From Flavipsychrobacter sp. (GTDB lineage Bacteria; Bacteroidota; Bacteroidia; Chitinophagales; Chitinophagaceae): a stretch of DNA of 64,000 nt. Below, piece after piece: positions 46,337 through 56,007 of the stretch. Location: NCBI GenBank assembly GCA_965218185.1, contig CBDCKE010000003.1, positions 43,935 to 107,934 of the forward strand, in the 5' to 3' direction. A program made the translations under genes and the position numbers. The notes below the pieces were generated by a model that saw only the letters and a program-made list of their open reading frames with translations, had not been told where the DNA came from and ran no database searches. Position 1 is the stretch's first letter; every line of letters starts with the position of its first letter.

Positions 46337-46921
46337 TTAGCGCAATACCATTTTTTGGTCGGCTATCAGTTTGCGAATGTTGATGAGTGCGTAGCGCATT
46401 CTGCCCAAAGCCGTGTTGATGCTCACGCCCGTTATGTCTGCAATTTCTTTAAAAGAAAGCTCACCGTAAATCCGCATGATCACTACTTCGCGCTGATCTT
46501 CCTGTAATTGTTCAATCAGGCTTCTCACGCTTTCATGTGTTTGCCTGCGTTCCATCGCTTGACCTGCATGTTCTTCCTGCATGTTCAGGAGGTGCCAAAT
46601 GTCTTGCCCATCATGGGTTACAACCGGAATGCTGCTGCGGATTTTCCGGAAATGATCCATGCAGAGGTTGTGCGCCACGCGAAGTAACCAGGCTAAGAAT
46701 TTGCCTTGCTCATTGTAGCGTCCTTCCTGCACGGTGCGGATGGTTTTCAAAAAGGTATCCTGGAAAAGGTCTTCAGCGAGATACTGATCCTTTACAAGCA
46801 TAAAAATGGCGGTGTAAACGCGGTCTTTATGGCGTCTAATTAATGTTTCAAGTGCGTTGTTGTCTCCATTGCGAAAAGCAAGGATTAATGCTGCATCGGA
46901 AGTTGGATGAGTCGTTTGCAT
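46337..46921 (-). CDS. ECF-type RNA polymerase sigma-70 factor
   Basis: Region 2 (DLFQDTFLK, FLAWLLRVAHNLCMDHFRK) and region 4 (SFKEIADITGVSINTALGRMRYA). Confidence 0.92.
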   Translation of the reverse strand: MQTTHPTSDAALILAFRNGDNNALETLIRRHKDRVYTAIFMLVKDQYLAEDLFQDTFLKTIRTVQEGRYNEQGKFLAWLLRVAHNLCMDHFRKIRSSIPVVTHDGQDIWHLLNMQEEHAGQAMERRQTHESVRSLIEQLQEDQREVVIMRIYGELSFKEIADITGVSINTALGRMRYALINIRKLIADQKMVLR

Positions 46922-47238
46922 AGTTTCTACCTTTTTTAAGGATGGGTAATGCGCAGTTTTTTTATGGAGTGGCTACGCGTAATAATTGTTTAGGTAGAAG
47001 TGTATAATGTATAGCAAACGTGTTTTAGAAGTTTTTAAAAAAAAGGCTTAAAAGCAGTTGCAAAAAAGGTTAAAAGGATGGACAATACCAAATAAAACTT
47101 TTGAGGTGCCGTTTGTGCCTGAATGGTAAAAGACGCGGCGTTGGGTTCAGGCGTTGGGCGATACCGGAAAATAGGGGAGCAAATGAAGTTTTCGTGACAA
47201 ATCACATACGCGCCTGCTGCAATCACATTCATCGAAAC

Positions 47239-47272
47239 AAAAAAAGCAGCGCTTAAAAAAGCGCCGCTGCGG
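47239..47272 (-). terminator. Intrinsic terminator downstream of the 47468..48187 gene
   Basis: The minus strand reads ccgcagcggcgc-ttttttaa-gcgctgc followed by a T7 run. The stem is imperfect. Confidence 0.6.
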
Positions 47273-47467
47273 ATTTAATAAAAATCCACCCTCTAACGTA
47301 ACGAGGTGAAAATGAAATAGTGGGAGTTAAAGGGGCTGTTCCTATTACGACTTCTGGATTGCAAAAGTAACAGGCAGGTAAAGGCTCACAATACCAAATA
47401 AAAGGTAGGGAAGCATCCGTATTGGCGCGGAGGTGTGTAGAAAAAAGTGAGGGTAAGTTAACTGATG

Positions 47468-48187
47468 CTATTTCGTCAAATTTTGTACGGCAGTTATAAT
47501 ATCATTACAATACATTTCCTGAGTGACACCTGTAGTACTAGTTCGTTGCGCAGGGTGATAGGTCTCGATGAAAATTTTATCATCTTTAAGAAAATAATTA
47601 AGTCGCCCATGTCTTATCGCATCCTTTTGGGATAAACCTAATTCATCTTTAAAATACCCTAAGGTAGATCCGCCGATTATAATGTTAGGATTTATCAATT
47701 CAATCTGCTTTAATAAAATTGGCTTTGTGCTTTCGTACGCGGCATTAACTGTCTTATAATGGCTAGCTTTTAAACCTGGTAATTTCTTGACGTTAATATA
47801 GGCAACACTTTTTAAAGCTTCAAGCATTGTAGGATCTTGATTGACATCTTTCATATCCTTCCAAAGACAAAAATCATTTAGAATTCCCCAACAAGTATAA
47901 ATCATTGGCAAAAAGGTTCTCCGTCCGCCAGTAAATTCCCCGAAAGTAGTTTTAGGTAAAATAGCATCTTTTAAATGCCAACCACCTCCGAATGCCACCC
48001 CCTTCTCATCAAAATCATCATAAGGCTCTTTTAATATCCAAAGAACCTTGTATTTAGCAGAAAGAAAACGTTCGGGATCAAGAACACCGTCGCAAATGGG
48101 GTATGTATTAATAGCGTCTGACTTGACGTTTTCGTTGATAAGTCTGTCTAAATCTTCTCCGATTTTAGTCAATTCTTGAACTGTCAT
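47468..48187 (-). CDS. Hypothetical protein, possibly a divergent uracil-DNA glycosylase-superfamily fold
   Basis: Motif order resembles family-4 UDGs. KVLWILKEPYDD..G sits where vlvVGEAPG..E..G would be, YINVKKLP where yiTNvvKCrP would be, PNIIIGGSTL where P.lIv.LG would be, and ETYHPAQR where HPS/HPA would be. The catalytic residues are not conserved. The gene looks A/T-rich by eye. Confidence 0.3.
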   Translation of the reverse strand: MTVQELTKIGEDLDRLINENVKSDAINTYPICDGVLDPERFLSAKYKVLWILKEPYDDFDEKGVAFGGGWHLKDAILPKTTFGEFTGGRRTFLPMIYTCWGILNDFCLWKDMKDVNQDPTMLEALKSVAYINVKKLPGLKASHYKTVNAAYESTKPILLKQIELINPNIIIGGSTLGYFKDELGLSQKDAIRHGRLNYFLKDDKIFIETYHPAQRTSTTGVTQEMYCNDIITAVQNLTK

Positions 48188-48263
48188 AAGGGGATTTCAT
48201 TTTTAGAATCTGCAAATAAAAGAAACTTTTCTTAGCGTCAAAGCGTCTGTTTCTAAAAACGCA

Positions 48264-48674
48264 TCACCGCTCACAAAAATATTCCACCCCTCCCACGTTC
48301 ATCACCATTTCCTCCCCATTAAGTTTCAGCATCGCATCCACAGGTTTGCCATTTTCCAGAAGGCGCAGATGGCGGGTAGAATCCGTAGCGTTTAAAATGT
48401 TGTATTCGCAATCACCAATTGCTTCGCCATCTTTTGCAATCATGCTGATGTGGTGCGGCATTAGAGAGAGGCGGGCAGGGAAAATAGTCGTGTCATCATA
48501 GATAAGTGCGGCAAGCATGATCGCAGAAAAATCAAGGTCTTTATTTGTGGTATCCAAATTCATTTTCACCACTTGCCATGTTCCTTCAAAACGCCCATCC
48601 GGCGCGGGGTTGGCAGTGCGGAGTTTGCAGGAAACTGCGAAGAAAAATGCGGCAATCAAAAGTTTGTTTTTCAT
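48264..48674 (-). CDS. Small lipoprotein, unknown function
   Basis: Lipobox MKNKLLIAAFFFAVSC. I recognise no family. Confidence 0.5.
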   Translation of the reverse strand: MKNKLLIAAFFFAVSCKLRTANPAPDGRFEGTWQVVKMNLDTTNKDLDFSAIMLAALIYDDTTIFPARLSLMPHHISMIAKDGEAIGDCEYNILNATDSTRHLRLLENGKPVDAMLKLNGEEMVMNVGGVEYFCER

Positions 48675-49153
48675 AAAAAATTGGTTTTAGGTTAATGCGC
48701 AAATGGGGAAATGGTAACCCGCGGGAGTTTGGGTAAAAAAAGAAAAGAATTGCTTGGTTCCTACATAAACTCATGCACGAAGAAATGTTTAAAGTCATTT
48801 GGTTGGAGTCCCTAATTATCATTTTTACCTCACCCCCCGACGGACTTAAGGGTTTGATACTGATGACTTTTGAAACGCTATTAGGAGGATTAAAGGATTC
48901 GCTGATTTTATATTCTCAAGACTTGATACTCACTAATTGAAAATTGAAAATTCCAGTCGCTTCTAAACAGCCCGTTAACCAGTTACAAAGAAGCCGTTAA
49001 GCGCGCCAATATTGTTTTTCAGCGGAATGCAGTGTTGCATCTTTGCAGCGCATTCAGGAGAAAATGTATAGCCATCCGGTTATCAATTATTAAAAGTTTC
49101 GGGGAGCAAATCCTTAAATAAAAGAGTCTCCATTCTCTCCTTATATAGAAGAC

Positions 49154-49181
49154 GGCCCCTTTCCAGGGGCTGTTCGTTTTT
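49154..49181 (+). terminator. Orphan intrinsic terminator-like hairpin in a 600-bp gene-free region
   Basis: ggcccct-ttcc-aggggct stem-loop followed by gttcgttttt. There is no upstream plus-strand CDS for more than 600 bp. Confidence 0.4.
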
Positions 49182-49274
49182 CGGGAATAATGGCTTTCGC
49201 CTGTGCTGTTGTTTTGAAAGTTGCAAATCCAGAAAATCTCCTCCTCAAAAAAACTATTGCTTCTTTGCCGTTGA

Positions 49275-49625
49275 ATGCTGAACTTGTCGGGTTCAAAACA
49301 ACACAGCATCATCATGAGCAAGACTTTGGGACCACTTACATTATCGCCCATTAAAGAGGATGGAAAATTTGTTTTTTTTAACCGGGAAGTCAGGATGAAC
49401 TACAAACTCAACAAAGGCGATTCCATCAAAATTTATGTGACTTCCTACGCGCCGAAAGACGAAAGAAACTTACTCACCGATGGCAAAAAATCTACCTCAA
49501 AAATGGTGGTGAAGGCACAAACAATCACTACTGAACATGAAGCAGATTATCCGTCGGTAGAAGCGTTGTATGAAGCCGTTTGTGAGCTTTACCGGAATCA
49601 GTTTCTTTTTGGAAAAATAGGATAA
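49275..49625 (+). CDS. Hypothetical small protein
   Basis: Intact ORF with an alternative ATG at 49314 (MSKTLGPLTL...). I recognise no family. Confidence 0.4.
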   Translation: MLNLSGSKQHSIIMSKTLGPLTLSPIKEDGKFVFFNREVRMNYKLNKGDSIKIYVTSYAPKDERNLLTDGKKSTSKMVVKAQTITTEHEADYPSVEALYEAVCELYRNQFLFGKIG

Positions 49626-49633
49626 AAAAGTTT

Positions 49634-51421
49634 TTAGCGAATGTTCATTTTGAAAGGCATCGTCATCTGCGCTTTGCCATTCATCGTTTTTAATTCCTGC
49701 ACCATTTTGTAGTAAGCATAATCCTCGCCCAACTCCTGTTTTAGCGCCATTGCATACGCCGAACCAAAGGCATTTACATTGCCTAACCGCTGCATCATCA
49801 TCTCAAATTTATCTACCGGCTCGGGGTAAGTAACCACGTCATAAGTTTTGAGCTTTGCAATTCTGGAGGCTGATAGAATCGCTCTGTCAAGTCCGCCTAA
49901 GGCATCCACCAAATAGATGTCGAGTGCATCTTTTCCACTCCACACTCTGCCTTGCGCAATGCTGTCAACGTCGGCTTCCGCAAGGTGTCTGCCATTTACA
50001 ACCCGCATTTTAAACGTGTGATAAATAGTGTCCACAATGGCTTGCATTTTAGCCGCTTCATCAGGCGTTAAAGGTTTTGAAAGCGAAGGAAAATCAGCAT
50101 AAGGCGCATTCTTCACCACATCGGTTGTAATGCCCAATTTGTTGTTCAAAAATTGTTTGGAATTAAACAGCATCGTAAACACGCCAATGCTTCCGGTAAT
50201 TGTTGTAGGCAAAGCAAAAATGCTGTCGGCGGCGCAGGCAATGTAATATCCGCCCGACGCTGCGAGGTCGCCCATAGAAACGATAAGCGGCTTTTTGTTT
50301 TTCAGCAATTGCAATTCGCGCAGGATAACATCAGAAGCAAGCGCACTGCCGCCGGGCGAATTAATACGGAGCACCACAGCTTTTATTTTATCGTTATTGC
50401 GCAGTTTCTGAATTGTTTTGTTGATGTCTTTTGAAGCAATTTGGTAGGCATCATTTGCTTCGCCATCCACAATATTTCCTTCGGCAAAAAGCACCGCTAT
50501 TCTATTATCTCCGGTGCTTGATTCGGCTTTCATGGTTGCGGCATAATTAGCCATCTCCACATAATTAACCTTAGCTGTAGCGCTTTTTCCGGTTTTCTTT
50601 CTGAGTAAATCTTCCACCTGGTCCCAATAAAAAAGGTCGTCTACCAAATGGTATCTCAAAGCATCAGAAGCAAACTGAACCGCGCCTGATTTTGTGAGTT
50701 GGTCAATCGTCGCTTCATCGGTGTGCGCATGTTGGGCAAAAGCCTTCAGGTACTCCGCCCAAAAGTCTTCCTGAAATGCTTCAATTTGTTTGCGGTTAGG
50801 TTCGCTTATTTCCTTTGCCCGAAAAGGTTCTGTTGCGCTTTTAAACTTTCCGGCATAAAAAATTTCCGGTTCAATTTCAAGTTTATCGAGCGTGCCTTTG
50901 AAGAATGCAAGTGTGGTGTATAGTCCCTTTAATTCAGGGAAACCTGCCGGATTAAGAAACACCTTTTCAGCCGCTGATGCAACGTAGTAAGCGCTTTGAG
51001 AAATTACTTCGCCGTAGGCATACACAAACTTGTTGCTTTTCCTGAAGTCTATAATGGCATCGCGTATTTGCTGTGAAGTCGCCATTCCGTTGCCTGAAAA
51101 CATGCCTTTGATGAGGATGCCTTTCACGTTGTTATCATTCGCTGCATGGCGGATGGCTTTTGTGGTGGTGTATAAGCCGGGCGTTAGCGCATTATCTCCT
51201 GTAAATGACGCGATGCTGTTCATTTCTCCCTGTTCATGAATTTGCTTTTCAAGGTCAATTACAAGCACGGCATTGGAACCTGTTTCGGCAGGCATATTAT
51301 TATCGGAAGTGAAGGATTTTGTGACGCTGAAAATGATACCCACAAAAATGAGCAACAGCACAACGCCTGCTACAAACATTGCCAGGAAAGAAGCGAAAAA
51401 CATTTTGAAGAACTGCTTCAT
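49634..51421 (-). CDS. sppA: Signal peptide peptidase SppA, 67K type
   Basis: N-terminal TM helix (MKQFFKMFFASFLAMFVAGVVLLLIF, ATG at 51421) and two ClpP/crotonase-like halves with SMGDLAASGGYYIACAAD and RINSPGGSALASD. Confidence 0.9.
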   Translation of the reverse strand: MKQFFKMFFASFLAMFVAGVVLLLIFVGIIFSVTKSFTSDNNMPAETGSNAVLVIDLEKQIHEQGEMNSIASFTGDNALTPGLYTTTKAIRHAANDNNVKGILIKGMFSGNGMATSQQIRDAIIDFRKSNKFVYAYGEVISQSAYYVASAAEKVFLNPAGFPELKGLYTTLAFFKGTLDKLEIEPEIFYAGKFKSATEPFRAKEISEPNRKQIEAFQEDFWAEYLKAFAQHAHTDEATIDQLTKSGAVQFASDALRYHLVDDLFYWDQVEDLLRKKTGKSATAKVNYVEMANYAATMKAESSTGDNRIAVLFAEGNIVDGEANDAYQIASKDINKTIQKLRNNDKIKAVVLRINSPGGSALASDVILRELQLLKNKKPLIVSMGDLAASGGYYIACAADSIFALPTTITGSIGVFTMLFNSKQFLNNKLGITTDVVKNAPYADFPSLSKPLTPDEAAKMQAIVDTIYHTFKMRVVNGRHLAEADVDSIAQGRVWSGKDALDIYLVDALGGLDRAILSASRIAKLKTYDVVTYPEPVDKFEMMMQRLGNVNAFGSAYAMALKQELGEDYAYYKMVQELKTMNGKAQMTMPFKMNIR

Positions 51422-51481
51422 GGAAAACGGTTTAAAATTTTGAAAAAAGACGCGCGAAGATACTGCTAAGTTTGCCGCACC

Positions 51482-51994
51482 ATGAACGATGTTTACTTGC
51501 TCACCGGAAGCAATGAAGGCAACAGAATCTACTGGCTGCAATTTGCACAAGAGGCTATTGAAAAGCAATGCGGGCGCATCATTCAGGCATCATCGGTGTA
51601 TGAAACTGCGGCATGGGGTAATGAAAATCAGCCTGCTTTTTTAAACATGGCGCTGCGCATTTTTACTGCTTTATCACCGCAGGAAATTCTTTTTGAAACC
51701 CAACAAATTGAAGTATCCGCTGGCAGAAACAGGATGGAAAAATGGGGACAACGAACGCTCGATATTGACTTGCTTTTTTATGGAAATCTGGTGATGGAGA
51801 ATGAGCGTTTAGTTATTCCGCACCCTCAGTTGCATCTTAGGAAATTCACACTGCTGCCTCTGTTGGAGATAGCGCCTTCCTTTGTTCATCTGGTGTTTAA
51901 TAAAACAATTGCACAACTTACCGCTGACTGCATTGATTCGCTGGAAGTGAAAAAACTACTACCGCTTTCCGCTTATAATTTGCCGCCTTTATGA
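51482..51994 (+). CDS. folK: 2-amino-4-hydroxy-6-hydroxymethyldihydropteridine diphosphokinase
   Basis: VYLLTGSNEGN...SSVYETAAWG...RTLDIDLLFYG...IPHPQLHLRKFTLLPL is canonical HPPK. Confidence 0.9.
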   Translation: MNDVYLLTGSNEGNRIYWLQFAQEAIEKQCGRIIQASSVYETAAWGNENQPAFLNMALRIFTALSPQEILFETQQIEVSAGRNRMEKWGQRTLDIDLLFYGNLVMENERLVIPHPQLHLRKFTLLPLLEIAPSFVHLVFNKTIAQLTADCIDSLEVKKLLPLSAYNLPPL

Positions 51995-52629
51995 ATTATC
52001 GCCACATCGCCATTGAGGGGAACATCGGCTCCGGAAAAACCACGCTTGCCACCATGCTTTCCCAACATTTTAATGCAAGGCTTATTCTGGAAGAATTTGA
52101 AGACAACGGTTTTCTACCTAAATTTTATGACGAGCCGGAACGATACGCTTTTCCTTTGGAGCTTTCATTTTTGGCTGACCGCTACAAGCAATTGAAACAA
52201 ACTTTATTGCAGGGCGATTTGTTTTCGCAACCCATCATCTCCGACTATCTTTTTATTAAAAGCAAACTGTTTGCGAAGATTAACCTGAATGAAGATGAGT
52301 ATGAACTGTTTCAGAAGTTGTTCGATATTATTGACGCGCAGTTGCCCGACCCGGAACTTTTAATATTTCTTCAAACACCTATCTCCAAACTGCAGCAAAA
52401 CATCCGCAAAAGGGGCAGAAGCTATGAGCAACAAATAGCGAACGATTATCTGGAGAAAGTGGAGGGCGTGTATCAGCAATATCTGAAGCAACAAAACTGC
52501 CCCATACTTTTTATTGAAACTGCCCATGTCGATTTTATTGCCAACAAAAAACAGTTTAAAATGGTGGTTGATTTTCTGGAAGGCGAGCGTGATTTTGAAG
52601 AATTTTATTTGAAACTTCCTACGGATTAA
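51991..52629 (+). CDS. Deoxynucleoside kinase
   Basis: P-loop IEGNIGSGKTTL, FPLELSFLADR and DRS-like ISDYLFIKS. ATGA overlap with folK. Confidence 0.88.
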   Translation: MNYRHIAIEGNIGSGKTTLATMLSQHFNARLILEEFEDNGFLPKFYDEPERYAFPLELSFLADRYKQLKQTLLQGDLFSQPIISDYLFIKSKLFAKINLNEDEYELFQKLFDIIDAQLPDPELLIFLQTPISKLQQNIRKRGRSYEQQIANDYLEKVEGVYQQYLKQQNCPILFIETAHVDFIANKKQFKMVVDFLEGERDFEEFYLKLPTD

Positions 52630-52795
52630 TTAACAAGGTTTGCGCTTTTGTTTGGTATGGATGATTTGTTTTTTATACCTTGTCGCTCGTACCTTCGTGT
52701 TCGCTTTTTTTCAGTGCTTTTAATCTACCCGATTTATTTTTCCCAAAGCCCAAAATGAATTGAATTTTACCCCACTATTTTAATTATAAACAGTT

Positions 52796-55024
52796 ATGGA
52801 TGCAGGTGTAGTTACCTCAAAAACCCAATATAATCTGAGTAAATCCCTTCAGGAACATTTTGGTTTCAGCGAATTTAAGGGCAAGCAGGAAGCAATTATT
52901 AAAAGCGTGTTAGACGGTCAGGATACTTTCGTGATAATGCCCACCGGCGGCGGTAAATCGCTCTGCTATCAGCTTCCGGCTTTAATGAGTGAAGGCGTTG
53001 CCATTATCGTTTCCCCGCTTATTGCCCTCATGAAAAATCAGGTGGATTTGATGCGCGGTTACAGCAGCGTTGAAAACATTGCCCACTTTCTGAACTCCAC
53101 CTTAAGCCGTGTACAACAAAGGAAAGTGAAGGAAGACCTGCTAAGCGGCAACACCAAAATGCTGTATGTAGCACCAGAAACGCTCACCAAACAAGAAAAT
53201 CTTGACTTCTTCGCCGACATCCATATTTCGTTTGTGGCTGTGGATGAAGCACACTGTATTTCAGAATGGGGACACGATTTCCGCCCGGAATACCGCAAAC
53301 TGCGCGGCATGGTAAACATGATTCGCCCTGACCTTCCAATCATTGCCCTTACCGCCACCGCTACGCCAAAAGTGCAGGATGACATCATCAAAAACCTGGA
53401 ACTGGAAGACGCCAACATCTTCATTGATTCCTTTAATCGCCCTAATCTTTATTACGAAATTGTTCCCAAAGGCAGCAAGGACACCGTGATGAAGCACATG
53501 GTGAAGTTTTGCACCGCCATGAAGGGAAAAAGCGGCATCATCTACACCCTGAACCGCAAAACCACCGAAGAACTTGCCAGCACTTTAAAAGCGAACGGAC
53601 TTTCGGCAGTGGCTTACCATGCAGGGTTGGATTCCACAGTGCGAGCCAACAGGCAGGACATGTTTTTGATGGAAAAAGTGGACATTATTGTTGCCACTAT
53701 TGCCTTCGGGATGGGAATAGACAAGCCGGATGTGCGCTTCGTGATGCACTGGAACATTCCAAAATCCCTCGAAAATTATTACCAGGAAACGGGCAGGGCA
53801 GGGCGCGATGGCATGGAAGGAAAATGCGTGCTTTACTACTCCCATAAAGACGTGCAGAAACTGGAGCACCTGATGCGCGACAAGCCCATGAGCGAGCGCG
53901 AAATGGGTTCGCAATTGATAACCGAAACCGTGGCTTACGTAGAAAGTGCAGCCTGCCGCCGCAAAATGCTGTTGTATTATTTCGGAGAGTTTTTAAAGCC
54001 TGACAACTGCGGCAACTGCGATAACTGCGTGCATCCAAAAGAAAAACTGGAAGTAAAAGACAGTTCTAAAATTGTGCTGGATGCTATTAATGCACTGGAT
54101 GAGCGCTTCGATATTAAGTACGTGGCGAACATCATTATGGGCATCTCCACACAGCAAATACAAACCTACCGGCACGATAAACTGAAGGTTTTTGGTAGTG
54201 GTAAAAAGATGGAAATGGAAGCCAACTTTTGGTATTCCCTCATCCGCCAAATGATGCTGGAAGGATTGGTGCGCAAGGATATTGAAGAATACGGTTTGCT
54301 CAAAATAACCGAAAAAGGACAGGAGTTTTTGCAGAAACCATTCTCTATAATGGTGGTGCTGAACCATCATTATAAAGATGCTGATGGCGATGATGATGAA
54401 CTGATTGCCTCGCAGGGAGAACCTGCCATTGCCGACCCGCAGCTTTATCAGATGCTGAAGGACGTGAGGCTTCAGGTGGCAAAGGAAAAAAATCTGCCGC
54501 CGTTCGTTATTTTCTTAGAAAATTCCTTGCAGGAAATGGCCATTTCTTACCCCACCACCATGGAAGAGTTGGAGCACATAGCCGGCGTAAGCAAAGGCAA
54601 GGCACTAAAGTTTGGTAGAAAATTCATCGACCTGATTGCTAACTACGTGGAGGAAAATGACGTAACGAAGCCGGAAGATTTTGTGATGAAAAGCGTGGTT
54701 AATAAAAGCGGCATGAAGGTGTTCATCATTCAAAACATCGACAAGAAAATTCCGCTGGAGATGATTGCAAAAAACAAAAACCTAACCCTGCCCGAACTGA
54801 TGAAGGAAATGGAATCCATCGTAGCCAGCGGCACGAAACTTAACCTCGATTACACCATTAATGAAGAGCTGGATGAAAACGAACAGGAAGATATTTTTGA
54901 ACATTTCCGCTGCTGCGCAGATGATGATTTGGATGCTGCCTACGAAGAGTTTAAGGACGATAACATAACGATTGAGCAATTGCAGTTGATGCGCATAAAG
55001 TTTTTGAGCACTTACGCGAATTGA
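52796..55024 (+). CDS. recQ: ATP-dependent DNA helicase RecQ
   Basis: PTGGGKSLCYQLPAL, DEAHCISEWGHDFRPEY, the zinc-binding CRRKMLLYYFGE...CGNCDNC, then RQC and HRDC regions. Confidence 0.96.
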   Translation: MDAGVVTSKTQYNLSKSLQEHFGFSEFKGKQEAIIKSVLDGQDTFVIMPTGGGKSLCYQLPALMSEGVAIIVSPLIALMKNQVDLMRGYSSVENIAHFLNSTLSRVQQRKVKEDLLSGNTKMLYVAPETLTKQENLDFFADIHISFVAVDEAHCISEWGHDFRPEYRKLRGMVNMIRPDLPIIALTATATPKVQDDIIKNLELEDANIFIDSFNRPNLYYEIVPKGSKDTVMKHMVKFCTAMKGKSGIIYTLNRKTTEELASTLKANGLSAVAYHAGLDSTVRANRQDMFLMEKVDIIVATIAFGMGIDKPDVRFVMHWNIPKSLENYYQETGRAGRDGMEGKCVLYYSHKDVQKLEHLMRDKPMSEREMGSQLITETVAYVESAACRRKMLLYYFGEFLKPDNCGNCDNCVHPKEKLEVKDSSKIVLDAINALDERFDIKYVANIIMGISTQQIQTYRHDKLKVFGSGKKMEMEANFWYSLIRQMMLEGLVRKDIEEYGLLKITEKGQEFLQKPFSIMVVLNHHYKDADGDDDELIASQGEPAIADPQLYQMLKDVRLQVAKEKNLPPFVIFLENSLQEMAISYPTTMEELEHIAGVSKGKALKFGRKFIDLIANYVEENDVTKPEDFVMKSVVNKSGMKVFIIQNIDKKIPLEMIAKNKNLTLPELMKEMESIVASGTKLNLDYTINEELDENEQEDIFEHFRCCADDDLDAAYEEFKDDNITIEQLQLMRIKFLSTYAN

Positions 55025-55052
55025 CAATTGCACGCCGCCAATATTCAGGATT

Positions 55053-55080
55053 CAGGAGCCTTTACGGCTCCTTTTTCTTT
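55053..55080 (+). terminator. Intrinsic terminator after recQ
   Basis: ggagcc-tttac-ggctcc followed by tttttcttttt. Confidence 0.7.
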
Positions 55081-55148
55081 TTCAAGCCGCACGTTTTCCG
55101 GACACCATTTCTGCCAAATCCTTAACCTCTTTCCCTCACCCCGCTCCT

Positions 55149-55156
55149 TACTTTTG
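55149..55156 (+). promoter_or_regulatory. -7 box TACTTTTG immediately upstream of surE
   Basis: The TAnnTTTG match ends 5 nt before the surE ATG (55162). Confidence 0.35.
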
Positions 55157-55161
55157 CCGCC

Positions 55162-55941
55162 ATGGCTGAAACTCCAATTATCCTCGTTACCAATGATGAT
55201 GGCATCACCGCCCCAGGCATCCGCAACCTTGTGGAAGCCGTGAAAAGTTTAGGCAAAGTAATTGTAGTGGCGCCCGATAGTCCGCAGAGTGGGATGGGGC
55301 ACGCCATTACCATTGGGCACCCGCTGCGCCTGCATAAAATGGAGGGCGTGTTTGAAGGCATTGAAGCCTGGCAAACCAGCGGTACGCCCGTAGATTGCGT
55401 GAAATTGGCGCGGGATAAAATTTTGCACCGTCTGCCGGATATTTGCGTGAGCGGCATTAACCACGGCTCCAATCACTCCATCAACATACTGTATTCCGGC
55501 ACCATGTCGGCAGCTATGGAAGCGGCTATTGAAGGCATTCCATCGGTAGGTTTTTCATTGATGGATTATAATTTCGAAGCTGACTTTTCGATAGCAAAAA
55601 GAGTAGCCCACGCCATTACGAAACGCATGTTGGAGCACCGCCTGCCTGCGCATTCATTGCTAAACGTAAACATTCCAAAAGTGGATGAAGCAGGTTTCAA
55701 AGGGATAAAACTTTGCAGACAGGCTTATGCAAAATGGCAGGAGGAATTTGATGAAAGGGTGGACCCGCGCGGTGAAAAGTATTACTGGATGACGGGGCGC
55801 TTCGTAAATATGGACGAAAAAAGCGGAACCGATGTGGAAGCATTGAAGGCGGGCTATGCCTCCGTAGTTCCTGTAAAATTTGATTTAACGGATAAGGAAA
55901 TGCAGGCAAGGCTGGAAGTGGATTGGGAGGGGTTGCTGTGA
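55162..55941 (+). CDS. surE: 5'/3'-nucleotidase SurE
   Basis: ILVTNDDGITAPGI, PDSPQSGMGHAIT, SGINHGSN and YSGTMSAAMEA are canonical SurE. Confidence 0.95.
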   Translation: MAETPIILVTNDDGITAPGIRNLVEAVKSLGKVIVVAPDSPQSGMGHAITIGHPLRLHKMEGVFEGIEAWQTSGTPVDCVKLARDKILHRLPDICVSGINHGSNHSINILYSGTMSAAMEAAIEGIPSVGFSLMDYNFEADFSIAKRVAHAITKRMLEHRLPAHSLLNVNIPKVDEAGFKGIKLCRQAYAKWQEEFDERVDPRGEKYYWMTGRFVNMDEKSGTDVEALKAGYASVVPVKFDLTDKEMQARLEVDWEGLL

Positions 55942-56007
55942 AAATAATTCACGAAGTCAATATGAACTATCCAAATTTCCTTTTAAAATCATCCTGGATC
56001 TTAAAAA

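Noticed and set aside
49056-49093. AGGAG plus the 9-codon mini-ORF MYSHPVINY as a leader peptide.
   Set aside because: The AGGAG is only 3 nt from the ATG, Bacteroidota rarely use SD-led initiation, and the codon content gives no hint of amino-acid attenuation. I kept it only as part of the low-confidence sRNA/leader finding.
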